The notes below the pieces were generated by a model. It made no database searches. It was not told the DNA's origin and saw only the letters and a list, made by a program, of their open reading frames with translations. A stretch of 62,590 nt of DNA, filler included, from Asterionella formosa (taxonomy: Eukaryota), in NCBI GenBank assembly GCA_002256025.1. It is 6 parts of 6 records of this genome, joined end to end, with 100 filler letters (N's around TTAATTAATTAA, not from the genome) between each part and the next. Parts side by side here need not be neighbours in the genome. Positions count along the whole stretch, not along the records: positions 1 to 27,666 come from NKIB01001446.1; positions 27,767 to 55,407 come from NKIB01001452.1; 4 more parts are not named here. One strand, 5' to 3'. Positions 23,809-36,663 of the stretch are shown here, one piece after another. A program made the translations under genes and the position numbers. The first letter of the stretch is position 1, and the number at the start of each line of letters is the position of its first letter.

Positions 23809-26133
23809 TTACATGGAACATGCATCGCAGAGAGCGCCCCTGACAAAATCGGGTGCACTCGAATAGATTCTACAAAAATCTATGGCACCAATGGGTCTTG
23901 GCACGACCGTATCCAGCCATACTTCCATGGCTTCGAACTCTTCATCCGAAGCAACTCCTTTGTTATAGGATCGGAGCCTGGTAGCCATAAAGGCAAAATC
24001 AATCTCACCTTTCATCTCAATGTCTAAACTTGCGTACATGTCCAGTATGTGATCAGCTTCCTCAAGTGAAATGCCCGCGGCAACTGAAGCCGCGTCTCGG
24101 AGGGTCGGAATGGACTTTTGTTCCCGTATTAGAGCCACGGCCGACCGGGACAACTCATCCGATTCTACAATGACTTGGGTGGCACCCGCCGATTGCAGCG
24201 ATTGAGCTTGGGCCCTTGTGAGGGCGCGTGCATAAATGGGGGTGTCACGAAACGATTCTCGTAATCGATATGTGGCAGACAGAACGAGACTGTAATCTTC
24301 GTACGAAATAAAAATGGCAGAGGGATCCGTGACGCCGTTGTTACGAAGCACTTGAGGGTTGGCGGCGTCGCCAAATAGTACCACCGTTTCTTCCGATGGT
24401 CTCCAGACAGTATCGACCGGATGAGCAGGATCAATATCAAATGCCACAATGCTCGCTGCTCCCCCATGTTCTTTCTCAAGCTCTTCAAGTAACTTGCGTC
24501 CCACTGTGCCGTAGCCGCACACGACAATAGCGTCCTTGGCAATTTCTGTTTTAATTGCCGTAATAGCACTTTCCGAATCTTTTGGGATTCCGCTTTGACT
24601 GAGAAAGGGTTCTGAAGCAAGTTGTGCTAGCTCACCCAAAAGAGGCGTAGCTGACATAGTAATTAGAACAATGGCTGTCAAGAGACCTCCCAATTCTTTA
24701 GGCAGAACATCCAGCTTTTCAGCAAGTGCCAACACCACAAATGCAAATTCACCTCCACCAGACAGAAGCAAGGAAAGTCGTATCCCATCCGGCAATGGCA
24801 GTCTGTTGGGTTCCACTGCAATTGGAACTCGAGTTGCTAAGAATAGAGTGGCTGCCTTAAGCAAAAGGAGTGCCAAGGAGCCAGTCAAAATTGTTGGCCA
24901 TTCCGACAAGACTAGATCTAGGTCGAAACTGGACCCAGCGTCCATAAAAAAGATCCCCAACAAAATTCCCTTGAAAGGCAAGACATCGGCTTGAATCTGG
25001 GCTCGGTAATTGGTATTAGCAAGTAATACCCCCGCTGCAAACGCTCCTGCCGTGTCTGTCAAACCCAGCTCCTTTGCTATGGCTCCCATACCGACCGATA
25101 CCAACAAACAGAGTGCAACAAAGGTTTCGGTCGACCTTGCTTGTGCAACCAATTTAAAGAGCCGCCGAAGGACGAAGGAGCCTACTACCACAACAGAACC
25201 AAATCCCAAAGTCGCCTTGGCAGTTAGAAATGCAATGGCACTGTAGTCCGTCGGGTCTTGACCGACAATGTATGGCAGCAATACCAACAGTGGTGCGACC
25301 GCCAGATCTTGTAATAACAAAATGGAGGTCGCAGCCTGGCCAGACTCCTCTTCTTCCCATTCTCGTTCTTTCAACACGGGGAAGATAAACGCCGATGTGG
25401 AGAGGGCACCCGCGAGTGCCAAGACGAGTACTTCGGCAGGGTTTTTGATATTAATGAGACCACTATCTAGTGGTATGAAGCGTCCCATGAAATCTGGCAA
25501 GAGGTATATGGCCGCACTGAGACTCGCCGCAGTGAGGGATAGCTGTGCCAATCCCAAGGGTAGAAAGTTGGTCAACTTCTTTAGTCGGGACGTCGATACC
25601 TCGAGTCCCTCTGAAAACAGCAAGAACAAAATTCCAAAGTCGCCCAACTCGAAATCGGCCTTTGAATTGGCAAACATGTCCATCCCATTGGGCCCCAACA
25701 CTGCCCCTGCCAGGAGGTATCCCAGAATAGGAGTGACACCAATGGCTGTGGCAAGTGGAGTAACAATGACACTGGCAGACAAAAAGACCAACAAATCCCG
25801 GCCAATCGAGTCCATAACCATGGATGTCGCAGCTTCGGGAACATCGCCACTGCTGACTCGGATCGCACCGCCAATGTCAAGCGTGTCGGCCAATTGCTTG
25901 CCCAGTTGTTCAAAGGGAACAATAAAGTCTGGAAATCCAGGAATAATCATGTCCAGTCGGGACGACGAAGTCCCTCGGTGTTTTTGTTTGCCATTCCCAG
26001 TGCGCGATTGTCGGCTATAGTAGACTGAAGCCGGCCTTGTCACTGATGCTTGGAAGGCTTCACATAATGAAGGACTGTTTATGTTGCAACTAAAAAGTGT
26101 GCTTGTCAGCAGTATCAGCAGCAGCATCGCCAT
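23809..26133 (-). CDS. KEA3: Plastid K+/H+ antiporter, CPA2/KEA3-like, with KTN(RCK) domain and C-terminal EF-hand-like region
   Basis: Signal peptide plus CEA-FQA (ASAFAP-like). Transport motifs ILGYLLAGAVLGP, FGILFLLFSEGLE, ALSTSAF, ILLLQDLAV, GAFAAGVLLA and GGEFAFVV. KTN motif VVCGYGTVG. Tail LDIEMKGEIDF. Start ATG at 26133. Confidence 0.85.
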   Translation of the reverse strand: MAMLLLILLTSTLFSCNINSPSLCEAFQASVTRPASVYYSRQSRTGNGKQKHRGTSSSRLDMIIPGFPDFIVPFEQLGKQLADTLDIGGAIRVSSGDVPEAATSMVMDSIGRDLLVFLSASVIVTPLATAIGVTPILGYLLAGAVLGPNGMDMFANSKADFELGDFGILFLLFSEGLEVSTSRLKKLTNFLPLGLAQLSLTAASLSAAIYLLPDFMGRFIPLDSGLINIKNPAEVLVLALAGALSTSAFIFPVLKEREWEEEESGQAATSILLLQDLAVAPLLVLLPYIVGQDPTDYSAIAFLTAKATLGFGSVVVVGSFVLRRLFKLVAQARSTETFVALCLLVSVGMGAIAKELGLTDTAGAFAAGVLLANTNYRAQIQADVLPFKGILLGIFFMDAGSSFDLDLVLSEWPTILTGSLALLLLKAATLFLATRVPIAVEPNRLPLPDGIRLSLLLSGGGEFAFVVLALAEKLDVLPKELGGLLTAIVLITMSATPLLGELAQLASEPFLSQSGIPKDSESAITAIKTEIAKDAIVVCGYGTVGRKLLEELEKEHGGAASIVAFDIDPAHPVDTVWRPSEETVVLFGDAANPQVLRNNGVTDPSAIFISYEDYSLVLSATYRLRESFRDTPIYARALTRAQAQSLQSAGATQVIVESDELSRSAVALIREQKSIPTLRDAASVAAGISLEEADHILDMYASLDIEMKGEIDFAFMATRLRSYNKGVASDEEFEAMEVWLDTVVPRPIGAIDFCRIYSSAPDFVRGALCDACSM

Positions 26134-27666
26134 TAGACGAAAGCGAAAAACAAAACTTGACACAAGGTGGGTACCGGTATTTATAAATGGTAATGAACGA
26201 AATTTTAACAACCGCTGACACAATCAAGACGATAACATCTAAAGCCTCCGGAGGCAGAGAATAGTTCTTTACCATAAACATATAATATATTACCATGAAT
26301 AATGTTGAACATAATGTGAGCTTTTACAAGATGGACGACTACTTCAGTAATGTATATCATAACTCCATCGTATCATACGTAATCACATGGATATATATAT
26401 ATTATATTAATATATGTATACCTGAGTTCACATCAAGTACGCACTCGTACGTATGTACTTCACATCTGTAGGCTCAAGCATATACAGATACCAGGTACCG
26501 GTACACAATCTGTGATTTATTGTCAGTGTGGTTTACAGCGGAACCGTCTGTCCTACCTACCTACAGTAGAATAATATATCACGTAGTCATAATTTTGCAT
26601 TTCATCTTTTGATATTGCATTCACAGGTTACTGAGCCCTTTTGCGGTTGCCTGACCCCTCAACTCCTCTTCTTTTCTTTGCCGTAGACACTGTGAGGTGT
26701 CTTTCAACCCCTGCTTCTTCGCTTCTGCTTTGGTTTCTGTGCAAACCGTCCAACAAAGCCTCTACTGTCTTTTCTTTTTTTTCTACGTGATTTTTCAACC
26801 ACACACTTTTTCCGATTCCTTGAAGTTCTGGACTACCACACACCCTTTTCCTCTTTTGTCCATCTCTTAAGCACATTCTTGTCCTCCTTCTTTGTCTTCA
26901 TTCACAAGAGGCCGCCAGCCATCTCCATACCCGCCCACACCATCTTCTTTGCTCCTGTGACACCACCATCTGTCACGGAATTCACCTGTTCTGTCTGCTT
27001 CTCTGTTTCTTCCGTTTCTGGGTGTGGATACCATTCTTCTTCCTTTTTCTGTTTGGCTGTGTCATCTTTTGAGGGTCTGTCCTTCCATCATTTTTTTTTG
27101 GGGGTCTGTCCTTCCATCATTTTTTTTTCGGCCTCCTCTGTCTGTCCTTCCCTCCTTGTTAACTTTTTCCAGCCTGTCCAGTCTGTCTGTCTATCCAACC
27201 TTCAACTTGCAGTCAGTCCTCCCTTCAAACACATTCTCATTCCCTCTGCTGGCCTTCCTTTCCACCTCTAATCAATTCTTTAATTTAAAAAAAAAAAAAA
27301 AAATGGCCACCACTTCCATCTCCCCCTCTTATACTCCTGGTTCAGTTATGGACATCCTTTTCAAAGCTGGACTGGCTCCTGACTCCATCAATATTTTCAT
27401 GACCTGTCATCCCCGACTTACTCTTGCCAAGTTTCAGCGTGCATTGCGCCGCATCCACCGTGGAGATGACACAGCTGACTTTCTCTTACCTGCCTCTCTC
27501 CTTGCTGATCCTCTGTGGGATTGGCTTGATAGTGATACCGTGATGGGGCTCATTGCTTGGTTTTCCCAGTCCTCTGATACTGGAGGTAATCATTTTGATT
27601 GGGTTCATGAGTTTTCTGCTGAAACTTTCTCCATCTTCTTATCACCCCCTGCATCATCATCCCTCC

Positions 27667-27766
27667 NNNNNNNNNNNNNNNNNNNNNNNNNNNNNNNNNN
27701 NNNNNNNNNNTTAATTAATTAANNNNNNNNNNNNNNNNNNNNNNNNNNNNNNNNNNNNNNNNNNNN
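27667..27766. other. Artificial contig-join spacer (N run, TTAATTAATTAA, N run); also at about 55408-55507, 57205-57303, 59001-59100 and 60796-60895
   Basis: An identical 12-mer with stops in all six frames is embedded in roughly 100-nt N pads five times. Confidence 0.95.
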
Positions 27767-27774
27767 AAGCTCAA

Positions 27775-28020
27775 CAGGTCGTGGAAAACTATGAACTCAT
27801 CATGCATTGTATATATTTGAATTATGTATAATCAAAATTGATATTAGTATACACAGGATGTGCCGTATAATGAGCGTGTTCAAAACTATGCAAATGTTCA
27901 ACTATCTATACATTTAAACTTCTTACAAATCTTTATATATATGTATTCATGGCTGAAACATTTGAAATCATGTTTTCATGTTCCTTGTCATGCATACACT
28001 TTGCTCCTGAAACGAAGGAT
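27775..28020 (+). repeat. Dispersed repeat shared with 62385-62590
   Basis: caggtcgtggaaaac..tcatgcattgtatatatttgaattatgtataa..catttgaaatcatgttt..gttccttgt..ctgaaa in both places. Confidence 0.8.
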
Positions 28021-29093
28021 TAACACAGATGATGACGCCGAAAACGAAAGTGATAATACAGCACAAGCAATGATACTTGCGGCTTAGAAGAGAAGGGCGG
28101 AATCAATTGATGGTAAGGCAAGAGCAGATGCCTTTCATGTTCCTTGTCATGTTGCATCCACTTTTAAAACCAGCATCCCCCTTCTCGCTTTTCAGCGCCT
28201 CACCATTAACAAATCCTTCATCAGTCAAGAGCTCACATATTGTTTGTCGCAACAACAGAAGGTGGAATGATGCAACATTGAGATCATACGCAATCGATGC
28301 TTTTAAGGTAAGATTGATCTGCCTGCTATATTTGCTATCATATCACCAAGCGAGGGATACCTCATATTGATATGCTGTGTTTTCAACATTCATTTGAAAT
28401 TTGAACAGGCCTTTTCAGAAAAGGAGTGTTCTTTGGAAAGCACGAGTGATAGAAGGTGAATGATACAATATGGAGACCCGCAATGGAGGCCTTTAAGGTA
28501 AGCTTAATCTTCAGTTTTTGTCATTGTATCAGCAAAGCGAGCGATAAATCTCATGGTTCTATTATTGTTTTCTACATTTATTTTACATTTTAGCCGTCCA
28601 TTTCACAACAGGAGCATTCTTTTGAACGAATCAGTGAGTTGTGGTGCTGCCTGGCTGATGCCAGTTTGTTTTTTCAATTCGACTGACTCGAGAAACAGTT
28701 GAATACTACAACATCTGTATGTTGCTTTCTGTCGTTGCTACTTCTCTCATATGAATTACTGACACACTGTTGTTATGTACATCTTTGCAGGTCAATGAAG
28801 AATTCATTTCTAGGACAAGAAGGAAGCCAGTGTGTGATGCATTCATGTTGCAACTTCGTACAATGATGCCTCTTCAAGAGTGAATAATTTTCCCTTCTGA
28901 ATGAACGGCTTCTCTTCGTCTTGCAATGTCCTTCTTACAGATGTCTCATAATGCCTGCCTTCTCAAGACTGAAGATTCCATTCTGATAGAACAGCTTTGT
29001 TTGATTGCATATCGAGATTTGTTTCCCATGTAATTTGAAATACAGGTACCGGTTGTTGAATTAGGAATCAACATTATTTGATAGTACTTTTAA

Positions 29094-29408
29094 ATTACGT
29101 AAACAAATTTAATAAATTACGTGAACTATGTTATAGAATTACGTGAACAAAAATATAAGGCAATGTGAACTAAATTACAGAATTAATTGAAGTATTTCAA
29201 ATAATTACGTGAAGGTGATCACGTAATATAGTGATGATCAGGAATGCATGCATGATACTATGATCAAATAATTAATGTGATGTATTCAGATAATATAAAG
29301 ATATATTCAAGTCAACATTTTGAAGTATTCAACGAATTCATGTGATCCATTCAAAATCAACTACCGGTAGGATTATTTACGTGAAGGTCACTTCACGTAA
29401 TACGCGGC
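29094..29408. mobile_element. Probable DNA-transposon terminus with repeated TTACGTGAA motifs
   Basis: TTACGT(G/A)AA at about 29095, 29117, 29139, 29205 and 29377, two of them paired with an inverted TCACGTAAT. It ends ...TACGCGGC|TTA, a Harbinger-like end. The partner end is not seen. Confidence 0.45.
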
Positions 29409-29699
29409 TTAGATGTACCGTACCAGGTACCCTCAAACTAGGGGAGTCATCTTCATCAGGGAGTCTCTAGCTGCTTGTAGTCTCGCCCTTGAACATAAGC
29501 TACAAGCTAGCCATAGAAAGGCCATGATTGATAGGCAAAGGCACAATATTACTCCATTGACCTTCCTGATGGAAACATCAGGAGACTTTCACGTGAGAAC
29601 TACATTCAGGTCCTTTATTCGTCGATTAAAGCTACAGTTTAAAATGATGCACATTAGGCCACTTGTTTTACAGCATTTCGGTCGGATCGCGAGGCCAGT

Positions 29700-30993
29700 T
29701 CAAAATTCGCCACGATCATATCGTTGTTTCTTGGCCTCAAACGTAGTGAAATTTAGTGGCATTGTTGAGAAGGAATCATGATCCTCTGTACGTTTTGCTT
29801 CCATTTTGCGCTTTTTTGGAAAATCGATCTGTTTCTTGTCAATGATACGGCAACTACCAATCCCATCACCTATTTTTCGAAGTTCTGGTGCCTTTTCTCG
29901 AAGTGCCTGACTCGTCTTTTCTCTGGCTTTCTCTGCCGTGACCTCAAACCATTCATCCTTGTCGTTCAGTTGCAAAAAACGTCCTCCGTTCGACATTATC
30001 GTCGTTACAATAGACATGGCAACAGTGGCTTTCTGAAGCTTACGAGCAGCAAGGTATTCCCGTTGTTTTTCGTGAACCAATTGACGATACTTCTTGTTAC
30101 CAGCTAAAGAAGAAGATTTGTAAGGCGGTGAGTGTTAATAGCAAGCAGAAATCATTTAAAGTCGATTGATACTTACAGTGAGTGTTTGTGACTCCACCGC
30201 GTCCCAAGAGGATGTCGTTGTCGCTAACAACTACGCCTGATGACTTCATGGCCAAAGGAAGCGGAGAATGGATATCTTCCTCCTCCAGAAATACTAGATC
30301 TTTGCTATTTAAACGCCCAGGTGCTCGTTCTCGCAAGGCTTGGCAAGTCTTTTCCCTGGCGGCCTTTTCGCCAATATCGAACCAAAACGAGGATCTTTCA
30401 TCGATCGCCTTACCATCAGAACGTCTCAGAAAGCGACCGCCTTTCTTTTTTATTTCAGCGACAATCATTTTTGAGATTTCAGCCTTGTCGATCGCCTCTG
30501 ATACAAGGTATGCATAGTGATTGCGAACGACCATGGATCTGAAAGTAATATTTCCAGGGTGTGTATTTGCGCCTGCACCTCGTCCACAGAGGACGTCTGA
30601 ACTGTTGACTTGATCTCCTTTGATTAAGTTGACATCGATATCATCAGGAAAGATCTGTGCAGGACGGTTCGGAAAATGTTGTACAAAGCTTTCAACAAAT
30701 TCATATGATTCGGGATGTGCGTTCAGCCTTTCAAATGTATTTTCTACTGAGTAGGCTTTAGATTCCATCAACGGAATGGGTTCAATATTGTAGCACATTG
30801 AAGATGTGCCTTGGTAGCTTGAGTGTGCTGGGATCAATGGCTGCACCGACTGCATCACTATTGGCTTGTACCTGTTCCACACGTAGTGTTGCGACTGGTA
30901 ATTGTGGTGAGAATTGGCCATTTCGCTGCTAGCTCCTGCGTTGATTGAGTTCCAGTTGCAGCGAGTATCATCGTCGATGTTTCCATTGGCCAT
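29700..30993 (-). CDS. Double DUF6824-domain protein; two exons (30993-30177, 30103-29700)
   Basis: Two copies of DVLCGRG..NTHPGN..(F/Y)R..V....GGRFL..W..EK.REKT.QALRE. A 73-bp GT..AG intron at 30104-30176 joins NTH|SGNKKYRQLV. Confidence 0.9.
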
Positions 30994-31617
30994 GGTATGT
31001 GAAATTGAGCTATGCTTATGTTTTTTTGTGGGAATGGCAGTACCGGTACCGAAAATTTGAATTCTATGTTTTTTTGTGATGTCGTCGAAAGAATATACCG
31101 TACCAAAGTCCAATCTTGCCAATTAGTTAGTTGATCCGTGAACACGATTCCGATGGTATAATTCAGCAACCTGATTGGCTGTTGCCAAAATCATTTAACA
31201 ATGCGACACAAACCGGGTATTTTTGCTTCTGCGACTATACGTCATCCGTTCGGATGAGTGCGTAGGATCTACATTCCGTTAGTATGAATGTGAAATTATA
31301 TAATACACGGAAATATCAGGAGATGGACAGACTATATCGCAAAAAAGGGTTTGGCCGAAAAGCCACGATTCATTAAGCAAGATTGGCTCCTTGTATGGAA
31401 GTTCCAACAACGACAGTACGCTGTGGGTCAACAAAATATTAACACATTGAACTTGAACATAGAGAACTTAATCATCAACTCGAGGTTCAGAATATGATGG
31501 CCTTGATTGTGGTGGAAGGCACTATGTCCCCAAAATCACAGTAATAACGAATGAATGGACCCAAATGGTTACATCACTGGTACGACAAATCTGCGTCAAC
31601 GAGCCTCGTTCATAAAT

Positions 31618-33754
31618 TTAGATCTTGAATGATTTCAAGTAGAAATCGATGCCCTTAGGAACTCTCAATACTTTCCCTTCTGGTTGACAAATGACGAAAC
31701 ATGTAGCTTCCAAACTGCGGACGAAGTTTGCGTCATGGGAGACCATGACGACCGTTCCTGTCCAGTTCTTGAGACCATACACAAGTGCGTCGACACTTTC
31801 GACATCCAGGTGCGAAGTAGGTTCGTCCATGATGAGTAGATCAGGACTTGCAAGCATCAAGGCGGCAAGACAGAGTCTGCAACGTTCTCCACCACTGAGA
31901 AAGGTGATGTTAGTCGTCGCTTGCTGCGGGCTCAGGCCGAATGACGTGAGTTCACCTCGCAGTTCCTGTTCTGTTTTCTTGGGATTCTTCAATGACAAGA
32001 GTGAAAGTGGTGTACGGTGATAATTGCTGGCCTCCATCTCAAGTATGGAGTCTACAATATGTTGGTCAAAATATCCCACAGAAAGGTTGTTTGGATGATG
32101 CACTATTCCTTCCAGGGGTCGCTCAACGCCCGCTAAAAGCCTGAGCAGACTGGATTTACCAGTTCCGTTTGCTCCGAGAATACATACAGTAGAGCCTTCA
32201 TCGATGCATAAGTCAACGCAATCAAATAAGTAGCCTTCCTTCTTTAGAATACCATCATCGTTATCACTGGCAGCCCTTTCGTTTGGTAGGTTGTATCCGT
32301 ACCCAATATCCATTGCCATAACTACAGGCTCGCCCCATGTTGAGGTTGGATTTCGGAACCTGTAGAAATATGAACATAACTGTAAGCATATCACCGGATG
32401 TAGATTCTGTACTGCTTCCTTTAAAATTAACTTACACGAATTGCACAGTCTTGTCGGGAACAGCTGCAACGTTGGTCTCGACTCGTTTCAGTAATTGAGT
32501 ATGAGTTAGTTTTTTTCGTGATGAGGCATCAACACTGTTGATGGCACCTTCTCTGATGCCACTACCAGCCTTTTGAGCCGTCCACCGATGACCTAGTTCG
32601 TCTTTTTCCAAGCCAACCTTCTCCAGTTTCTTCTTTCGAGACTCAATTAGCTTCCCTTTTTTCTTGCCCCCGCCTCGTTTGGGAATCGGTGCCTTCTTGA
32701 GATTATCTATCGAGTTCATGATTGCGTCTCTTTTTTTCTCCAGCGCGGCATTCTGGCGAAGCGAATGAATATCCCTTTGTGCCTTGTAGCCGATAAAATC
32801 ACGATAATTTCCAGGGTAATAGTGTAAGTCGTTCCCAAACATATGAATTATATCGGTGGCGACATCGTTCACAAGGTCCACATCATGAGAAATCATTAAT
32901 ACAGTAGTTCTCCTTTCGTTGCAGATTGAAATCAGCCGACGCAGCTGTAGCAAACCTTCAATATCCATAAAGTTGGTTGGCTCATCCAGCAACAGAAGGT
33001 CGTTCTGGCAGACAAGTGCGCAGGCAAGTGCCACCTTCTTTCGATGACCCCCTGATAATTCTGTTGATGGAATGTCCCACGTATCTTCATCAATTCCAAA
33101 AAAAGTCAATGCTTCTTCCGCTTGCTGCCTCAAAATATCGTGGCGACCGCCTTGTGATTCTTCTTCCAAGGCTGAAATTTGTTCGCAAAACTCTTGCATC
33201 TGCCGCTCATCATCTTCCGTTGTCAAGTCTAGACCCTCCATTAGATCTTCCAACTCACTGATTCGGTTCTGATTCGCTGCTAAGGATAGTTCCAAGTACA
33301 TATCATGATGTCTCAAAACAATATCCATTGACGTCCTGTCAGGTTCACAAACAACCTCCTGAGGAATGTACATTGACGAGATATGAGGAGGAAAGCCTGG
33401 AATTTTACCAGATGCTATTCTTCTCAACAATGTCGACTTGCCAACCCCGTTTACTCCCACCAATACATAGACGTGCGGGGATAAAAGTTTGAGATTAGCT
33501 CCCTCCAATAACAACTTCGAAGGTAGCGACGGACTAGCTTGGCTCACGTATTCGAGACGGACATTCTCTACCACGATATCATATCGCTGATATGTTCTTC
33601 GTGCCAGTCCTCGTCCCCCCTTGCCTCTACCACCCCATACAAGTTTATTGGAAGCTGTCGCAGCTTCGAGAGCTTCGGTCCATGCTGATGCTAGAGCATC
33701 AGTATCATCCAACGATGTTAGCTGCGACGATACGATTGTTTCGAGGTCAGGCAT
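31618..33754 (-). CDS. ABC-F family ATPase (two NBDs, no transmembrane domain); two exons (33754-32436, 32359-31618)
   Basis: NBD1: GVNGVGKS, LSGGHR, LLLLDEPTN, ISHD. NBD2: GANGTGKS, LSGGER, LLIMDEPTSHLD, VSHD. A 76-bp intron at 32360-32435 joins VQFV|FRNP. Confidence 0.93.
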
Positions 33755-34339
33755 GGGGAATCCTGTTTCTTTTCAATTGAGAATAACAGGAATGAGTGAA
33801 TCAGCATACTACCCATGCCTCGTCAAACGGCCATCAATCAACGACGACTCGACTCTTGTCGATCTTGTCACCAATATATCCCCGGTATACTCCGGGTTGT
33901 AGACTCCTATTTTTATAGTGGCATGACAGCATGTTTCGCATACCGGTATGTACAAACAATGATCACAAAATTGCGACATGTGAGTTGTTTGTGTTTGCAT
34001 TTCAGTTTTACCGGACACTTTGACATTTACGTAGGTCAGATAGAAACAGGCAGCATACAAAGAGCTCTACACACGAGTGTACCAGAGGATGGAATCCAGA
34101 ATCCGTTCGTATGCCATACTTGATGTCGAAATTGGGCCACACATCATGAAATATACATTACATTCATATATGAAATCGTGCATGGATTTGTGCGGTTCAC
34201 CTGGTATACGTACCGGTAGTAGTAGACTCAATTCATCATGTGACTAGAATTTTGAGTTGCTTAGCTAGTGCCAACATCATACTATTTAGAGGTGGCATTG
34301 GATATGATCTCACATCATGACAACAAATAGCGATTCAGA

Positions 34340-35290
34340 TCGAAATCAAATTCGGTTTGGGCCTGCCTAGATTTAATTGGCACCAAAATGTACAAAAAGT
34401 ACAAATATACTTTTTTAATTTGCTAGGTAATTAGGTCATCATGAAGAAAACTTGTATGAACAAGCAGGACCAGGATTGTTATGTTTTGAGTTGATGGAGA
34501 AAATCTATGGTCACAATGAAGAAGAATTCATATGGTCTGGAAGCAAACAAGCAAAAACTAATTTGGGGTTAGCTGACAGATTATGTAAACAATCAATTCT
34601 ACTTGAGTCGAGCTTTGTTTGACAAAGTATTGTCATGACAAATAATAATGATTCACATGGAAAGAGAAATTCAGTTTGGAGCCAGTGAGCATTCAATCGA
34701 AAACAAAACAGTTTGGTTAGGTTTGTGTTGACTCATTCGAAAAATGCATAAATACTGTTTCTTGTAAATGATAATCTATCATTATATGATGAAGACTAGT
34801 GATGATTCATATGGAATGCAAAAATCGATTTGGGTCTGCTGAGAGTTCAGCCAAATAAAATAATTAGGCTTGCGTCGACTAGGTTGAAAACAGCTTTGTT
34901 GTGTTGGATAATCAAGGATCATATCACAGGGGCTAATAGTTCATATTGAAAAGTAGACTCGGTTTGGGTCTGCTGAGAGTTCAACTTAATGAAGCAATTC
35001 AATTTCATAGAATAATTTTATGTGCAAATATGTTGTTTTTATTTTTTGGATATTTTCATCATCATGGCGAAGTTTATTAATTCATGAAATTGAAATCGAG
35101 ATACTGTGTTGGTCCATTGACAGCCAGTTCAATTCAAGAAATGTAACACAATTTGAGTTGCATCCACTTGTTAAAACGCAAACCAACATAGCTAGTATTG
35201 AGTTGTTGAAGCTATAATCATAACATCGGATATGAACGCATGTGGAAAGTGAAAATTTAGTTGGTTTTGCTGCTGACAGATCGATTACCA
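34340..35290. repeat. Degenerate tandem repeat with a period of roughly 140-150 bp
   Basis: Recurring (g/a)tttgggtctgctgagagttca core, exact at about 34829 and 34963 and degenerate at about 34355, 34562, 34674, 35108 and 35262, often preceded by attcat..gaa. Confidence 0.5.
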
Positions 35291-36663
35291 ACAAAATTCT
35301 AATTGAATGGAGTCTCGTTTGAAGAAGGGAGTGATAAGCTGTCAAACATTAAACAAGGTTATGCTTGGTATAGCCAAGTTCTGTGGGCATGATGGGGGAA
35401 GTGAAAGATTTATGACAAAAGGAAATAAATTATTGATAGCAAATATAAAAAATGAAAGAAAAAATCATTTATTTTAATATTATCAAACATGCTTTACTAC
35501 TTAACTTGTTTAGCTTCTACATTTTGACCTGCATCAACTGCTCAATTACTTCCTCAAGGTCTACCAAGCACAATGAGCATTTGCCACGAGGATGATTAAT
35601 TTGAGCAGACGTCAAGCCTTAAAGCAATAAAATGATGGAATAATGACGCCATGGTGTGTAAGTGTGTTGATCATGATGCATGTATCAAAATTCTTTCAAA
35701 CACACATGAATGTACGAAAAACGTATCTGTGTACACAACACAGGATATAATTAATTACTTTAGCCTTTGGTAGAATGCTAGTACTAGTACAATCCAGTAC
35801 CAGACAGCTACCGGACAATTGTCTGGGAGACCAGCATGAAGGTGATCTACACTACTAAAACTTCAACCGAAAATCACTAGCTCCGCCGTCTTGTCTTGAT
35901 GATATGTAGTTTGAACAGTTTGATAATTTTCTCAAATAGCAGACCATTGTGCAGTGGAGTTACACAGAATCCTGGTGCTTTGCCTGGTAGCTAGAACTGA
36001 ACTGATGTGAGCTCGTTTCTTCTAACGTCACTTTGACTCCAGCAAAATATTCATTGCAATTACAAAATTTTATCTCATTTTTTCGTTTGTTATGTTTGCA
36101 TTTGTTCAGCTTGTATTCATTTTTGATTGACACACATGTGCCTTGTGCCCTTGTTTGCCGGAGTGCTTGCAAATGCCTTTGTACTTCTGTTTGTATAGAG
36201 CAATTTCGTTTGTGCTCTTCATTCCCTTTAGCTTTCGTTTGTGGAATGCAGTGAAGTCGACTCATTCGACTGTGAGTAGAGGAGCTCACTTTAACATGCC
36301 ACCACAGTGCTTCTCCTCATCGAAACAAATACCGGTATACTTTCAATATCCGCTACATGGTACTGGTACCGGAACCTGGTACCGGTACCCAGTTTGATTG
36401 CTCGCCCTCAGTTAGTACTGACAGGAGTATTCGGAGTACCAGGTACTATGCTGGCATGAATTATTAGTTCGGAGTGATGCTGCGATGAAGAATGTGATCT
36501 AGACAATCTGATTTTACAAATACCATACCATTACTACTTATCTCCAAACACAACAACACACATTTATGTCATTACAATACCGTGTACACACAGCGACTAT
36601 TGATAGTTAAAGACTCATTGACTGAGCAACCAATTTTTGACAGGGAATAGAACAATCCGCACG

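Noticed and set aside
25268..26020. 250-aa plus-strand ORF and similar antisense ORFs (for example 46314-46901 and 44736-45236)
   Set aside because: They are shadows of well-supported genes on the opposite strand.
26640..27666. Pyrimidine-rich region and ORF MATTSISPSY.. as a gene or Gag
   Set aside because: Low complexity, truncated by the gap and with no diagnostic motif, so it cannot be assigned.
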